The notes below the pieces were generated by a model. It was given only the letters and a program-made list of their open reading frames with translations. It was not told where the DNA came from and made no database searches. A stretch of 34,976 bases of DNA from a virus (lineage: Duplodnaviria > Heunggongvirae > Uroviricota > Caudoviricetes): the IMG/VR virus record IMGVR_UViG_2671180676_000009, one strand, 5' to 3'. Made by a program: the position numbers and the translations under genes. Within the stretch, counting starts at the first letter, position 1, and each line of letters begins with the position of its first letter. Of the stretch, positions 22,476 to 32,906 are shown in pieces.

Positions 22476-23219
22476 ATGACACAGGCAGAATCAGCGATTC
22501 TGGCGCACGCCCGGCGATGTGCGCCAGCGGAGTCGTGCGGCTTCGTGGTGAGAACGCCGGAAGGGGAAAGATATTTTCCCTGCGTGAATATCTCCGGTGA
22601 GCCGGAGGCGTATTTCCGGATGTCGCCGGAGGACTGGCTGCGGGCAGAGATGCAGGGTGAGATTGTGGCGCTGGTCCACAGCCACCCCGGTGGTCTGCCC
22701 TGGCTGAGTGAGGCTGACCGGCGGCTGCAGGTGCAGAGTGATTTGCCGTGGTGGCTGGTCTGCCGGGGGACGATTCATAAGTTCCGCTGTGTGCCGCATC
22801 TCACCGGGCGGCGCTTTGAACACGGGGTGACGGACTGTTACACGCTGTTCCGGGATGCTTATCATCTGGCGGGGATTGAGATGCCGGATTTTCATCGCGA
22901 GGATGACTGGTGGCGTCACGGTCAGAATCTCTATCTGGATAATCTGGAGGCCACAGGGCTGTATCAGGTGCCGTTGTCATCAGCACAACCGGGCGATGTG
23001 CTGCTGTGCTGTTTTGGTTCATCGGTGCCGAATCATGCCGCCATTTACTGTGGTGATGGCGAGCTGCTGCACCATATTCCTGAACAACTGAGCAAACGAG
23101 AGAGGTATACCGACAAATGGCAGCGACGCACACACTCCCTCTGGCGTCACCGGGCATGGCGCGCATCTGCCTTTACGGGGATTTACAACGATTTGGCCGC
23201 CGCATCGACCTTCGTGTGA
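22476..23219 (+). CDS. K: Tail tip assembly protein K with JAMM/MPN-type and NlpC/P60-type motifs (247 aa from first ATG; 199 aa if started at the internal ATG at 22620)
   Basis: HSHPGGLPWLSEAD (HxHx7Sx2D) and downstream DCYTLF...H motifs; overlaps I by about 100 nt. Confidence 0.85.
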   Translation: MTQAESAILAHARRCAPAESCGFVVRTPEGERYFPCVNISGEPEAYFRMSPEDWLRAEMQGEIVALVHSHPGGLPWLSEADRRLQVQSDLPWWLVCRGTIHKFRCVPHLTGRRFEHGVTDCYTLFRDAYHLAGIEMPDFHREDDWWRHGQNLYLDNLEATGLYQVPLSSAQPGDVLLCCFGSSVPNHAAIYCGDGELLHHIPEQLSKRERYTDKWQRRTHSLWRHRAWRASAFTGIYNDLAAASTFV

Positions 23220-23788
23220 AAACGGGGGCTGAAGCCATTCGGGCGCTGGCCACACAGCTCCCGGCGTTTCGTCAGAAACTGAGCGACGGCTGGTATCAGG
23301 TACGGATTGCCGGGCAGGATGTCAGCACGTCCGGATTAACGGCGCAGTTACATGAGACTCTGCCTGATGGCGCTGTGATTCATATTGTTCCCAGAGTCGC
23401 CGGGGCCAAGTCAGGTGGCGTATTCCAGATTGTCCTGGGGGCTGCCGCCATTGCCGGATCATTCTTTACCGCCGGGGCCACCCTTGCAGCATGGGGGGCA
23501 GCCATTGGGGCCGGTGGTATGACCGGCATCCTGTTTTCTCTCGGTGCCAGTATGGTGCTCGGTGGTGTGGCGCAGATGCTGGCACCGAAAGCCAGAACTC
23601 CCCGTACACAGACAACGGATAACGGCAAACAGAACACCTATTTCTCCTCACTGGATAACATGGTTGCCCAGGGCAATGTTCTGCCGGTTCTGTACGGTGA
23701 AATGCGCGTGGGGTCGCGGGTGGTCTCTCAGGAGATCAGCACGGCAGACGAAGGGGATGGTGGTCAGGTTGTGGTGATTGGTCGCTGA
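23117..23788 (+). CDS. I: Tail tip assembly protein I (223 aa)
   Basis: 223-aa ORF overlapping the K 3' end, as lambda gpI. Confidence 0.9.
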   Translation: MAATHTLPLASPGMARICLYGDLQRFGRRIDLRVKTGAEAIRALATQLPAFRQKLSDGWYQVRIAGQDVSTSGLTAQLHETLPDGAVIHIVPRVAGAKSGGVFQIVLGAAAIAGSFFTAGATLAAWGAAIGAGGMTGILFSLGASMVLGGVAQMLAPKARTPRTQTTDNGKQNTYFSSLDNMVAQGNVLPVLYGEMRVGSRVVSQEISTADEGDGGQVVVIGR

Positions 23789-23847
23789 TGAAAAACGTTT
23801 ATGTGAAACCGCCTCCGGGCGGTTTTGTCGTTTATGGAGCGTGAGGA

Positions 23848-26800
23848 ATGGGTAAAGGCAGCAGTAAGGGGCATACTCCGCGCGAAGCGAAGGACAACCT
23901 GAAGTCCACGCAGCTGCTGAGTGTGATCGATGCCATCAGCGAAGGGCCGGTTGAAGGTCCGGTGGATGGATTAAAAAGCGTGCTGCTGAACAGTACGCCA
24001 GTGCTGGACAGTGAGGGGAATACCAATATCTCCGGCGTCACGGTGGTGTTCCGGGCCGGTGAGCAGGAGCAGACACCGCCGGAGGGATTTGAATCCTCCG
24101 GCTCCGAGACGGTGCTGGGTACGGAAGTGAAATACGACACGCCGATCACCCGGACCATCACGTCGGCAAACATTGACCGACTGCGCTTTACCTTCGGTGT
24201 GCAGGCACTGGTGGAAACCACCTCAAAGGGGGACCGGAATCCGTCGGAAGTCCGCCTGCTGGTTCAGATACAGCGTAATGGTGGCTGGGTGACGGAAAAA
24301 GACATCACCATTAAAGGCAAAACCACCTCGCAGTATCTGGCCTCGGTGGTGGTGGATAACCTGCCGCCGCGCCCGTTTAATATCCGGATGCGCAGGATGA
24401 CGCCGGACAGCACCACAGACCAGTTGCAGAACAAAACGCTCTGGTCGTCATACACCGAAATCATCGATGTGAAACAGTGCTACCCGAACACGGCACTGGT
24501 CGGCGTACAGGTGGACTCGGAGCAGTTCGGTAGCCAGCAGGTGAGTCGTAATTATCATCTTCGCGGGCGCATTCTGCAGGTGCCGTCGAACTATAACCCG
24601 CAGACGCGACAATACAGCGGTATCTGGGACGGAACGTTAAAACCAGCATATAGCAACAACATGGCCTGGTGTCTGTGGAATATGCTGACCCATCCGCGCT
24701 ACGGCATGGGGAAACGTCTTGGTGCGGCGGATGTGGATAAATGGGCGCTGTATGTCATCGGCCAGTACTGCGACCAGTCGGTGCCGGACGGCTTTGGCGG
24801 CACGGAGCCGCGCATTACCTGTAATGCGTACCTGACCACACAGCGTAAGGCGTGGGATGTGCTCAGTGATTTCTGCTCGGCGATGCGCTGTATGCCGGTA
24901 TGGAACGGGCAGACGCTGACGTTCGTGCAGGACCGACCGTCGGATAAGGTGTGGACCTATAACCGCAGTAATGTGGTGATGCCGGATGATGGCGCGCCGT
25001 TCCGCTACAGCTTCAGCGCCCTGAAGGACCGCCATAATGCCGTTGAGGTGAACTGGATTGACCCGAACAACGGCTGGGAGACGGCGACAGAGCTTGTTGA
25101 AGATACGCAGGCCATTGCCTGTTACGGTCGTAATGTTATGAAGATGGATGCCTTTGGCTGTACCAGCCGGGGGCAGGCACACCGCGCCGGGCTGTGGCTG
25201 ATTAAAACGGAACTGCTGGAAACGCAGACCGTGGATTTCAGCGTGGGCGCAGAAGGACTTCGCCATGTGCCGGGCGATGTTATTGAAATCTGCGATGATG
25301 ACTATGCCGGTATCAGCACCGGCGGTCGCGTGCTGGCGGTGAACAGCCAGACCCGGACTCTGACGCTCGACCGTGAAATCACGCTGCCATCCTCCGGCAC
25401 CACGCTGATAAGCCTGGTTGACGGGCAGGGGAATCCGGTGAGCGTGGAGGTCCAGTCCGTCACTGACGGCGTGAAGGTGAAAGTGAGCCGTGTTCCTGAC
25501 GGCGTTGCCGAATACAGCGTGTGGGGACTGAAGCTGCCGACGCTGCGCCAGCGCCTGTTCCGCTGCGTGAGTATCCGTGAGAACGACGACGGCACGTATG
25601 CCATCACCGCCGTGCAGCATGTACCTGAAAAAGAGGCCATCGTGGATAACGGGGCGCACTTTGACGGCGACCAGAGCGGCACGGTGAATGGTGTCACGCC
25701 GCCAGCGGTGCAGCACCTGACCGCCGAAGTCACCGCAGACAGCGGGGAATATCAGGTGCTGGCGCGCTGGGACACGCCGAAGGTGGTGAAGGGCGTGAGC
25801 TTCCTGCTCCGTCTGACCGTAACAGCGGATGACGGCAGTGAGCGGCTGGTCAGCACGGCCCGGACGACGGAAACCACATACCGCTTCACGCAGCTGGCGC
25901 TGGGGAACTACAGGCTGACAGTCCGGGCGGTAAATGCGTGGGGGCAGCAGGGCGATCCGGCGTCGGTATCGTTCCGGATTGCCGCACCGGCAGCGCCGTC
26001 ACAGATTGAGCTGACGCCGGGCTATTTTCAGATAACCGCCACGCCGCATCTTGCGGTTTATGACCCGACGGTACAGTTTGAGTTCTGGTTCTCGGAAAAG
26101 CGGATTACCGATATCAGGCAGGTTGAAACCACAGCACGCTATCTTGGCACGGCGCTGTACTGGATAGCCGCCAGTATCAATATCAAACCGGGCCATGATT
26201 ATTACTTTTATATCCGCAGTGTGAACACCGTTGGCAAATCGGCATTCGTGGAGGCTGTTGGTCAGCCGAGTGATGATGCATCCGGTTATCTGGATTTTTT
26301 CAAAGGCGAGATAGGGAAAACCCATCTGGCTCAGGAGCTGTGGACGCAGATTGATAACGGTCAGCTTGCGCCTGACCTGGCTGAAATCAGGACGTCCATT
26401 ACGGATGTCAGCAATGAAATCACGCAGACCGTCAATAAGAAACTGGAAGACCAGAGTGCGGCAATTCAGCAGATACAGAAGGTTCAGGTTGATACAAATA
26501 ATAACCTGAACAGCATGTGGGCTGTGAAGCTGCAGCAGATGCAGGACGGACGCCTTTATATCGCGGGTATTGGTGCCGGTATTGAGAACACCCCTGACGG
26601 CATGCAGAGTCAGGTGCTGCTGGCGGCGGACAGGATTGCGATGGTTAATCCTGCGAATGGCAACACAAAACCGATGTTTGTTGGTCAGGGCGATCAGATA
26701 TTCATGAACGACGTGTTCCTGAAACGCCTGACGGCCCCCACCATTACCAGCGGTGGAAATCCACCGGCATTTTCCCTGACTCCGGACGGAAAGCTGACCG

Positions 26801-27345
26801 CTAAAAATGCGGATATCAGTGGCAGTGTGAATGCGAACGCCGGGACGCTCAACAATGTCACGGTAAATGAAAACTGTACGATTAAGGGCATGCTGGAGGC
26901 GACTCAGGTCAGAGGTGACTTCGTTAAAGCTGTATCCAAATCATTTCCGAAACAGGCTGGTACGTGGGGTAACACGGAAACACCAAACGGGACGGTTACA
27001 GTCACCATAAGCGATGATCATAACTTTGACCGTCAAATCATTATTCCGCCCATTATCTTTAACGGAATAGCGTATAGCGATCCGGGAAGTGGTAATAACC
27101 CGGGAGGTACAAGATACACGGGTTATGGTTTTGAAGTTCGCAAAAACGGTGTATTAATCGCATCCAGAGAAACTAAAGGGGCTATTCCCGGTAGCTACAG
27201 TGCGGTTATTGATATGCCGAGTGGCAGGGGAAGCGTCACTCTGGAGTTTAAGGTTTTCCATAAAGGCAATCAGTGGGCAGGTAATATCACCGACTGTACG
27301 GTGATTGTGACCAAAAAAGCGGCTTCAGGCATCAGTATTCGTTGA
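23848..27345 (+). CDS. J: Tail tip / host-specificity protein J (1165 aa)
   Basis: [41 protein letters not shown]...; lambda-like over most of its length but with a different, longer C-terminal segment. Confidence 0.9.
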   Translation: MGKGSSKGHTPREAKDNLKSTQLLSVIDAISEGPVEGPVDGLKSVLLNSTPVLDSEGNTNISGVTVVFRAGEQEQTPPEGFESSGSETVLGTEVKYDTPITRTITSANIDRLRFTFGVQALVETTSKGDRNPSEVRLLVQIQRNGGWVTEKDITIKGKTTSQYLASVVVDNLPPRPFNIRMRRMTPDSTTDQLQNKTLWSSYTEIIDVKQCYPNTALVGVQVDSEQFGSQQVSRNYHLRGRILQVPSNYNPQTRQYSGIWDGTLKPAYSNNMAWCLWNMLTHPRYGMGKRLGAADVDKWALYVIGQYCDQSVPDGFGGTEPRITCNAYLTTQRKAWDVLSDFCSAMRCMPVWNGQTLTFVQDRPSDKVWTYNRSNVVMPDDGAPFRYSFSALKDRHNAVEVNWIDPNNGWETATELVEDTQAIACYGRNVMKMDAFGCTSRGQAHRAGLWLIKTELLETQTVDFSVGAEGLRHVPGDVIEICDDDYAGISTGGRVLAVNSQTRTLTLDREITLPSSGTTLISLVDGQGNPVSVEVQSVTDGVKVKVSRVPDGVAEYSVWGLKLPTLRQRLFRCVSIRENDDGTYAITAVQHVPEKEAIVDNGAHFDGDQSGTVNGVTPPAVQHLTAEVTADSGEYQVLARWDTPKVVKGVSFLLRLTVTADDGSERLVSTARTTETTYRFTQLALGNYRLTVRAVNAWGQQGDPASVSFRIAAPAAPSQIELTPGYFQITATPHLAVYDPTVQFEFWFSEKRITDIRQVETTARYLGTALYWIAASINIKPGHDYYFYIRSVNTVGKSAFVEAVGQPSDDASGYLDFFKGEIGKTHLAQELWTQIDNGQLAPDLAEIRTSITDVSNEITQTVNKKLEDQSAAIQQIQKVQVDTNNNLNSMWAVKLQQMQDGRLYIAGIGAGIENTPDGMQSQVLLAADRIAMVNPANGNTKPMFVGQGDQIFMNDVFLKRLTAPTITSGGNPPAFSLTPDGKLTAKNADISGSVNANAGTLNNVTVNENCTIKGMLEATQVRGDFVKAVSKSFPKQAGTWGNTETPNGTVTVTISDDHNFDRQIIIPPIIFNGIAYSDPGSGNNPGGTRYTGYGFEVRKNGVLIASRETKGAIPGSYSAVIDMPSGRGSVTLEFKVFHKGNQWAGNITDCTVIVTKKAASGISIR

Positions 27346-27367
27346 AATATTTATAACCCCAATAAAT

Positions 27368-27392
27368 GGCGTCAGGAATGACGCCTTTTTTA
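27368..27392 (+). terminator. Rho-independent terminator after J
   Basis: GGCGTCA-GGAA-TGACGCC followed by TTTTTT. Confidence 0.7.
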
Positions 27393-27415
27393 TTGCAGAA
27401 AAGCGAGAGGTAATT

Positions 27416-28015
27416 ATGCGTAAAGTTTGTGCAGCCATTTTGTCCGCAGCCATTTGTCTGGCCGTATCCGGTGCGCCTGCATGGGCGTCTGAACATCAGT
27501 CCACGCTGAGCGCGGGGTATCTTCATGCCCGGACCAACGTTCCCGGCAGTGATGATCTGAACGGGATTAACGTGAAATACCGTTATGAGTTTACGGATAC
27601 GCTGGGGATGGTGACGTCATTCAGCTATGCAGGAGACAAGAATCGCCAGCTTACCCGTTACAGCGATACCCGCTGGCATGAAGATTCCGTGCGTAACCGC
27701 TGGTTCAGCGTGATGGCGGGGCCGTCTGTGCGCGTGAATGAATGGTTCAGTGCGTATGCGATGGCGGGCGTGGCTTACAGCCGTGTGTCGACTTTTTCCG
27801 GGGATTATCTCCGCGTAACTGACAACAAGGGGAAAACGCACGACGTGCTGACCGGAAGTGATGACGGTCGCCACAGCAACACGTCTCTGGCGTGGGGAGC
27901 TGGCGTGCAGTTTAACCCGACCGAATCCGTGGTTATTGATGTCGCTTATGAAGGTTCCGGCAGTGGTGACTGGCGCACTGACGGTTTCATCGTGGGTGTC
28001 GGTTATAAATTCTGA
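27416..28015 (+). CDS. lom: Lom outer-membrane protein (Ail/Lom family beta-barrel, 199 aa)
   Basis: Signal peptide [24 protein letters not shown]; C-terminal ...GVGYKF; AGAGG RBS. Confidence 0.9.
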
Positions 28016-28042
28016 TTAGCCAGGTAACACAGTGTTATGACA

Positions 28043-28068
28043 GCCCGCCGGTTCAGGCGGGCTTTTTT
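28043..28068 (+). terminator. Rho-independent terminator after lom
   Basis: GCCCGCC-GGTTCA-GGCGGGC followed by TTTTTT. Confidence 0.7.
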
Positions 28069-28079
28069 GTGGGGGGAAT

Positions 28080-31000
28080 ATGGCAGTACGGATTTCAGGT
28101 GTACTGAAAGATGGCGCAGGTAAGCCGATACAAAACTGCACCATTCAGCTAAAGGCCAGGCGCAACAGCACCACGGTGGTGGTGAACACAGTGGCCTCAG
28201 AAAACCCGGATGAAGCCGGGCGTTACACAATGGACGTCGAGTATGGTCAGTACAGCGTCAGTCTGTTGGTGGAAGGATTCCCGCCGTCACATGCCGGGAC
28301 CATCACCGTGTATGAAGATTCCCGACCCGGTACGCTGAATGATTTTCTCGGTGCCATGACGGAGGATGATGCCCGTCCGGAGGCTCTGCGCCGTTTTGAA
28401 CTGATGGTGGAAGAGGTGGCGCGTAACGCGTCCGCGGTGGCACAGAACACGGCAGCCGCGAAGAAGTCAGCCAGTGATGCCGGCACATCTGCCAGTGAGG
28501 CGGCAACCCATGCGACTGATGCTGCAGGCTCAGCGCGTGCAGCCAGCACGTCAGCCGGACAGGCCGCGACGTCGGCTCAGGAGGCGTCTTCCAGCGCAGG
28601 AACGGCATCAACAAAGGCCACTGAAGCATCAAAAAGTGCTGCCGCTGCAGAGTCCTCAAAAAGCGCGGCGGCCACCAGTGCCGGTGCCGCGAAAACGTCA
28701 GAAACGAATGCTGCAGCGTCACAAAAATCAGCAGCCACTTCTGCATCCACTGCGACGACGAAAGCGTCAGAAGCCGCCACTTCAGCCCGGGATGCGGCGG
28801 CCTCCAAAGAGGCGGCAAAATCATCAGAAACGAACGCCTCCACAAGCGCCAGCAGTGCAGCCTCCTCGGCAACGGCGGCAGGAAATTCCGTGAAGGCGGC
28901 AAAAACGTCCGAGACGAATGCTAAGTCTTCTGAAACGGCAGCGGAACAGAGCGCCTCAGCTGCGGCAGACTCTGAGACAACAGCTGCATCATCGGCCCGT
29001 GAGGCGTCCATTAAGGCAGAGGAGGCAGCAGTCAGTGCCACCGCCGCCGGAAAATCGGCAGAAAGCGCCGCATCATCCGCTTCAACAGCCACAACGAAGG
29101 CTGGCGAAGCCACTGAACAGGCCAGCGCAGCAGCGAGGTCTGCTTCCGCAGCGAAGACATCCGAAACGAACGCGAAAGCGTCGGAAACCAGCGCAGAATC
29201 CTCAAAAACGGCTGCCGCATCGTCCGCCAGTTCGGCGGCGTCATCGGCATCATCGGCGTCTGCTTCAAAAGATGAGGCGACCAGACAGGCGTCAGCAGCG
29301 AGGGGCAGCGCCACGACGGCATCCACGAAGGCGACAGAGGCTGCTGGCAGTGCGGCAGCGGCAGCACAGAGCAAAACGGGCAGAGGATATTGCATCCGCC
29401 GTGGCGCTTGAGGATGCGAGCACGACGAAAAAGGGGATAGTACAGCTCAGTAGTGCGACTAACAGCACTTCCGAGTCACTGGCGGCAACACCAAAAGCCG
29501 TTAAGGCCGCGTATGACCTGGCTAACGGGAAATACACCGCACAGGATGCAACGACAGCACAGAAAGGGATAATCCAGCTAAGCAGCGCGACCAACAGCAC
29601 GTCTGAAACGCTTGCCGCGACACCAAAGGCAGTAAAAGCAGAAACGTCTGCAGAAAGATCAGAACGGTGCGGATATCCCTGGCAAAGATACCTTTACGAA
29701 AAATATTGGTGCCTGCCGTGCCTTCGGTGGGTCAGTAAGCACAACAACAGGAAACTGGACGACTGCACAGTTTATCGAGTGGCTGGATTCTCAGGGAGCA
29801 TTTAACCATCCATACTGGATGTGCAAGGGTTCCTGGTCTTATGGCAATAATAAAATCATTACTGATACTGACTGCGGTAATATTCATCTCGCCGGAGCTG
29901 TCATTGAAGTAATGGGGATAAAGTCAGCGATGACGATCCGCATTACCACACCGACCACCTCCACTGGTGGTGGAACAACTAACGCCCAGTTTACCTATAT
30001 TAATCACGGAACAGATTATTCACCTGGCTGGCGAAGGGACTATAACTCCAGAAATAAGCCAACGGCATCAGAGATCGGGGCGTTACCGTCAGGTGGAACA
30101 GCAGTATCATCAGTTAATCTGGCTTCAAAAGGTCGGGTAACCGCGCTGACAGACAATACGCAGGGGGCAGCAGGTCTTGAGTTATACGAGGTGTATAACA
30201 ACGGATATCCAACAGCGTATGGAAATATCATTCACCTGAAAGGGATGACAGCCGTTGGCGAAGGTGAGTTACTCATCGGCTGGAGTGGTACAAGCGGTGC
30301 TCATGCTCCGGCATTTATTCGTTCACGACGGGATACGACCGACGCAAACTGGTCGCCGTGGGCGCAGCTTTACACCTCGGCTCATCCTCCTGCAGAGTTT
30401 TATCCAGTCGGTGCACCAATCCCGTGGCCATCAGATACCGTTCCGTCTGGCTATGCCCTGATGCAGGGGCAGACTTTTGACAAATCTGCATACCCGAAAC
30501 TTGCAGTTGCTTATCCGTCAGGCGTGATCCCTGATATGCGTGGCTGGATGATTAAGGGCAAGCCCGCCAGTGGTCGGGCCGTATTATCTCAGGAACAGGA
30601 CGGCATTAAATCGCACACCCACAGCGCCAGCGCATCCAGTACGGATTTGGGGACGAAAACCACATCGTCGTTTGATTACGGAACCAAATCCACGAATAAC
30701 ACCGGGGCGCATACCCATAGTATTAGCGGGACCGCAAATAGTGCCGGTGCGCACCAACACAAGAGTTCCGGTGCATTTGGTGGCACGAACACGAGCATTT
30801 TCCCTAATGGTTATACCGCGATTTCAAATCTAAGCGCGGGGATTATGAGCACAACAAGCGGTAGTGGCCAGACTCGTAATGCAGGGAAGACATCATCAGA
30901 TGGTGCTCATACCCACTCGCTGTCCGGCACTGCTGCAAGCGCAGGCGCACATGCACATACTGTCGGTATTGGTGCTCATACGCACTCCGTTGCGATTGGT

Positions 31001-31093
31001 TCACATGGACACACCATCACCGTTAACGCTGCTGGTAACGCGGAAAACACCGTCAAAAACATCGCATTTAACTATATTGTGAGGCTTGCATAA
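28080..31093 (+). pseudogene. stf: Side tail fibre gene stf split across three reading frames (junctions near 29373-29376 and 29654-29656)
   Basis: Frame 0 (28080-29411) has the Stf N-terminus and A/S/T-rich repeat; frame 1 has AKRAEDIASAVALEDASTTKKGIVQLSSATNSTSE...ATPKAVKA; frame 2 continues to the His-rich Stf C-terminus ...[14 protein letters not shown]. Confidence 0.75.
28430..29370 (+). repeat. Low-complexity Ala/Ser/Thr-rich repetitive segment of Stf with recurring KTSETNA-type units
   Basis: About 310 codons dominated by A, S, T, K, E with repeated AAKTSETNA / AKSSETNA motifs; yields long spurious ORFs in other frames and on the opposite strand. Confidence 0.7.
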
Positions 31094-31668
31094 TGGCATT
31101 CAGAATGAGTGAACAACCACGGACCATAAAAATTTATAATCTGCTGGCCGGAACTAATGAATTTATTGGTGAAGGTGATGCATATATTCCGCCTCATACA
31201 GGTCTGCCAGCAAACAGTACCGATATTGCACCGCCAGATATTCCGGCTGGCTTCGTGGCTGTTTTCAACAGTGATGAGTCATCGTGGCATCTCGTTGAAG
31301 ATCATCGGGGTAAAACTGTTTATGACGTGGCTTCCGGCGACGCGTTATTTATTTCTGAACTCGGTCCGTTACCGGAAAATGTTACCTGGTTATCGCCGGA
31401 AGGGGAGTTTCAGAAGTGGAACGGCACAGCCTGGGTGAAGGATACGGAAGCAGAAAAACTGTTCCGGATCCGGGAGGCGGAAGAAACAAAAAACAACCTG
31501 ATGCAGGTAGCCAGTGAGCATATTGCGCCGCTTCAGGATGCTGCAGATCTGGAAATTGCAACGGAGGAAGAAATCTCGTTGCTGGAAGCATGGAAAAAGT
31601 ATCGGGTATTGCTGAACCGTGTTGATACGTCAACTGCACAGGATATTGAATGGCCAGCACTGCCGTAG
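31093..31668 (+). CDS. tfa: Tail fibre assembly chaperone Tfa (191 aa)
   Basis: ATG overlaps stf stop (TAATG); [48 protein letters not shown]... as Tfa proteins. Confidence 0.9.
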
Positions 31669-31765
31669 GGTAAAACATATAAATTCTATAATTAGATGTA
31701 TCTTTCCATTTACGGCAAGGAAGGGGGCTTGGAAGACGTAAAGCATCTCACACCGAGATTATTTT

Positions 31766-32356
31766 TTATATGTCAGGTGTCTGAAGTTTTGCTTTGGCTC
31801 TTAAAATGGTTTGCCGCGAGGTTTTGAATTCCCGGGCAATGGCACTTATACTTACACCTGACTTAATTCGTTCGAATACCGCCTGTTTCTGTTCTTCATT
31901 TAACACAGGTGGTCGACCAAAACGTTTCCCTGCGCCGCGGGCTCTTACTATCCCGGAATGAGTGCGTTCAAGTAAAAGGTCTCGTTCAAATTCAGCGACT
32001 GCTGAAATTACTTGCATCATCATTTTTCCTGTTGGACTGGTCAGGTCAATGCCCCCCAATGCTAAGCAATGCACTCTGATACCTGTTTCGGTCAGTTGTT
32101 CCACTGTTTTCCTGATATCCATTGCATTACAACCAAGGCGATCCAGTTTTGTCACAATCAATTGATCACCACATTTCAGGCGAGCAAGCAACCGGTTAAA
32201 ACCAGGACGCTCACTGGTTGCTGCTGAGCCGCTAATGTGTTCTTCGATTATTTGCTGAGGTTTGATTTTAAAACCTGCACTTTCGATTTCCCGGCGTTGA
32301 TTTTCGGTGGTCTGATCCAGCGTTGATATCCGACAGTAAGCAAAAATTTGAGACAT
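31766..32356 (-). CDS. pin: Serine recombinase, Pin/Gin/Hin-family DNA invertase (196 aa)
   Basis: [20 protein letters not shown]... with catalytic Ser in CRIST, resolvase core and C-terminal HTH; convergent with tfa. Confidence 0.9.
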   Translation of the reverse strand: MSQIFAYCRISTLDQTTENQRREIESAGFKIKPQQIIEEHISGSAATSERPGFNRLLARLKCGDQLIVTKLDRLGCNAMDIRKTVEQLTETGIRVHCLALGGIDLTSPTGKMMMQVISAVAEFERDLLLERTHSGIVRARGAGKRFGRPPVLNEEQKQAVFERIKSGVSISAIAREFKTSRQTILRAKAKLQTPDI

Positions 32357-32672
32357 AGTGAGACTCTATACGAAATTGGTGTTCATATCATAATGCATCT
32401 CAGAAAATAATTATGATTATTTTTGTGCATATTTGTATGTACACGTTCGAAAATAAACGAATGCGTATGCAACCCCGTAATTTTGGTGAGACCCAAAATC
32501 GATTTTGTGAAAAATGGCTTTAACTCGGTTTGTTTTTCGAGTTCCGGGCGGACTCAAGGAAGAAGAATAGTGTTGCGTGTTATTTTAACCAGATTTCAAG
32601 TTGTTTGGTCGTGGAAAAGTGGAGCAAAATGTTGTTAAAGTGGAAAAATGATAAAAAAGTAAGTTTATTATA

Positions 32673-32906
32673 TTACATTTTACCATTTAAATTTTGGTTG
32701 TCTTTAAGAACTGATATCGCTGTTTGTAATAATTCTTTGTTATCCAGCCATGATTTTTTCTTTATGTTTCCTTCAATGTAATCAAGCAATGTTCTGGTAT
32801 TGATAGGTCTTCCCTGTTTTGCTACTTCCACTACAGCATCCCCTAGGATAATTCTTACTTCAGGAAGCTGCGCAGGGAACCACTTTAGGGTGTCTTTTGA
32901 TTTCAT
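32673..32906 (-). CDS. ydfK: YdfK/YnaE-family small protein (77 aa)
   Basis: MKSKDTLKWFPAQLPEVRIILGDAVVEVAKQGRPINTRTLLDYIEGNIKKKSWLD...; AAGGAA 7 nt upstream of ATG at 32906. Confidence 0.8.
   Translation of the reverse strand: MKSKDTLKWFPAQLPEVRIILGDAVVEVAKQGRPINTRTLLDYIEGNIKKKSWLDNKELLQTAISVLKDNQNLNGKM

Noticed and set aside
20061-22482. Several minus-strand ORFs (176-270 aa) inside H, M and L
   Set aside because: All antisense to intact lambda-like tail genes with Arg/Leu/Pro-rich translations
24637-25716. 359-aa minus-strand ORF inside J
   Set aside because: Antisense to J; Arg/His/Ala-rich composition typical of a non-coding frame in GC-rich DNA
28918-29370. N-terminal part of the 295-aa plus-strand ORF (RQRNRAPQLRQ...)
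   Set aside because: Out-of-frame reading of the Stf repeat; only the part downstream of about 29374 is the authentic Stf frame
28303-29395. Long ORFs on both strands (199 aa and 272 aa minus, 139 aa plus) within the Stf repeat region
   Set aside because: Alternative frames of the low-complexity A/S/T-rich repeat; Pro/Arg/Gln or Ala/Asp-rich with no independent support
31669-31765. Candidate gix-like crossover site in the tfa-pin gap (TTCCATTTACGGCAAGGAA)
   Set aside because: Only partial resemblance to the consensus as I recall it and no inverted partner found; mentioned only as a place to search
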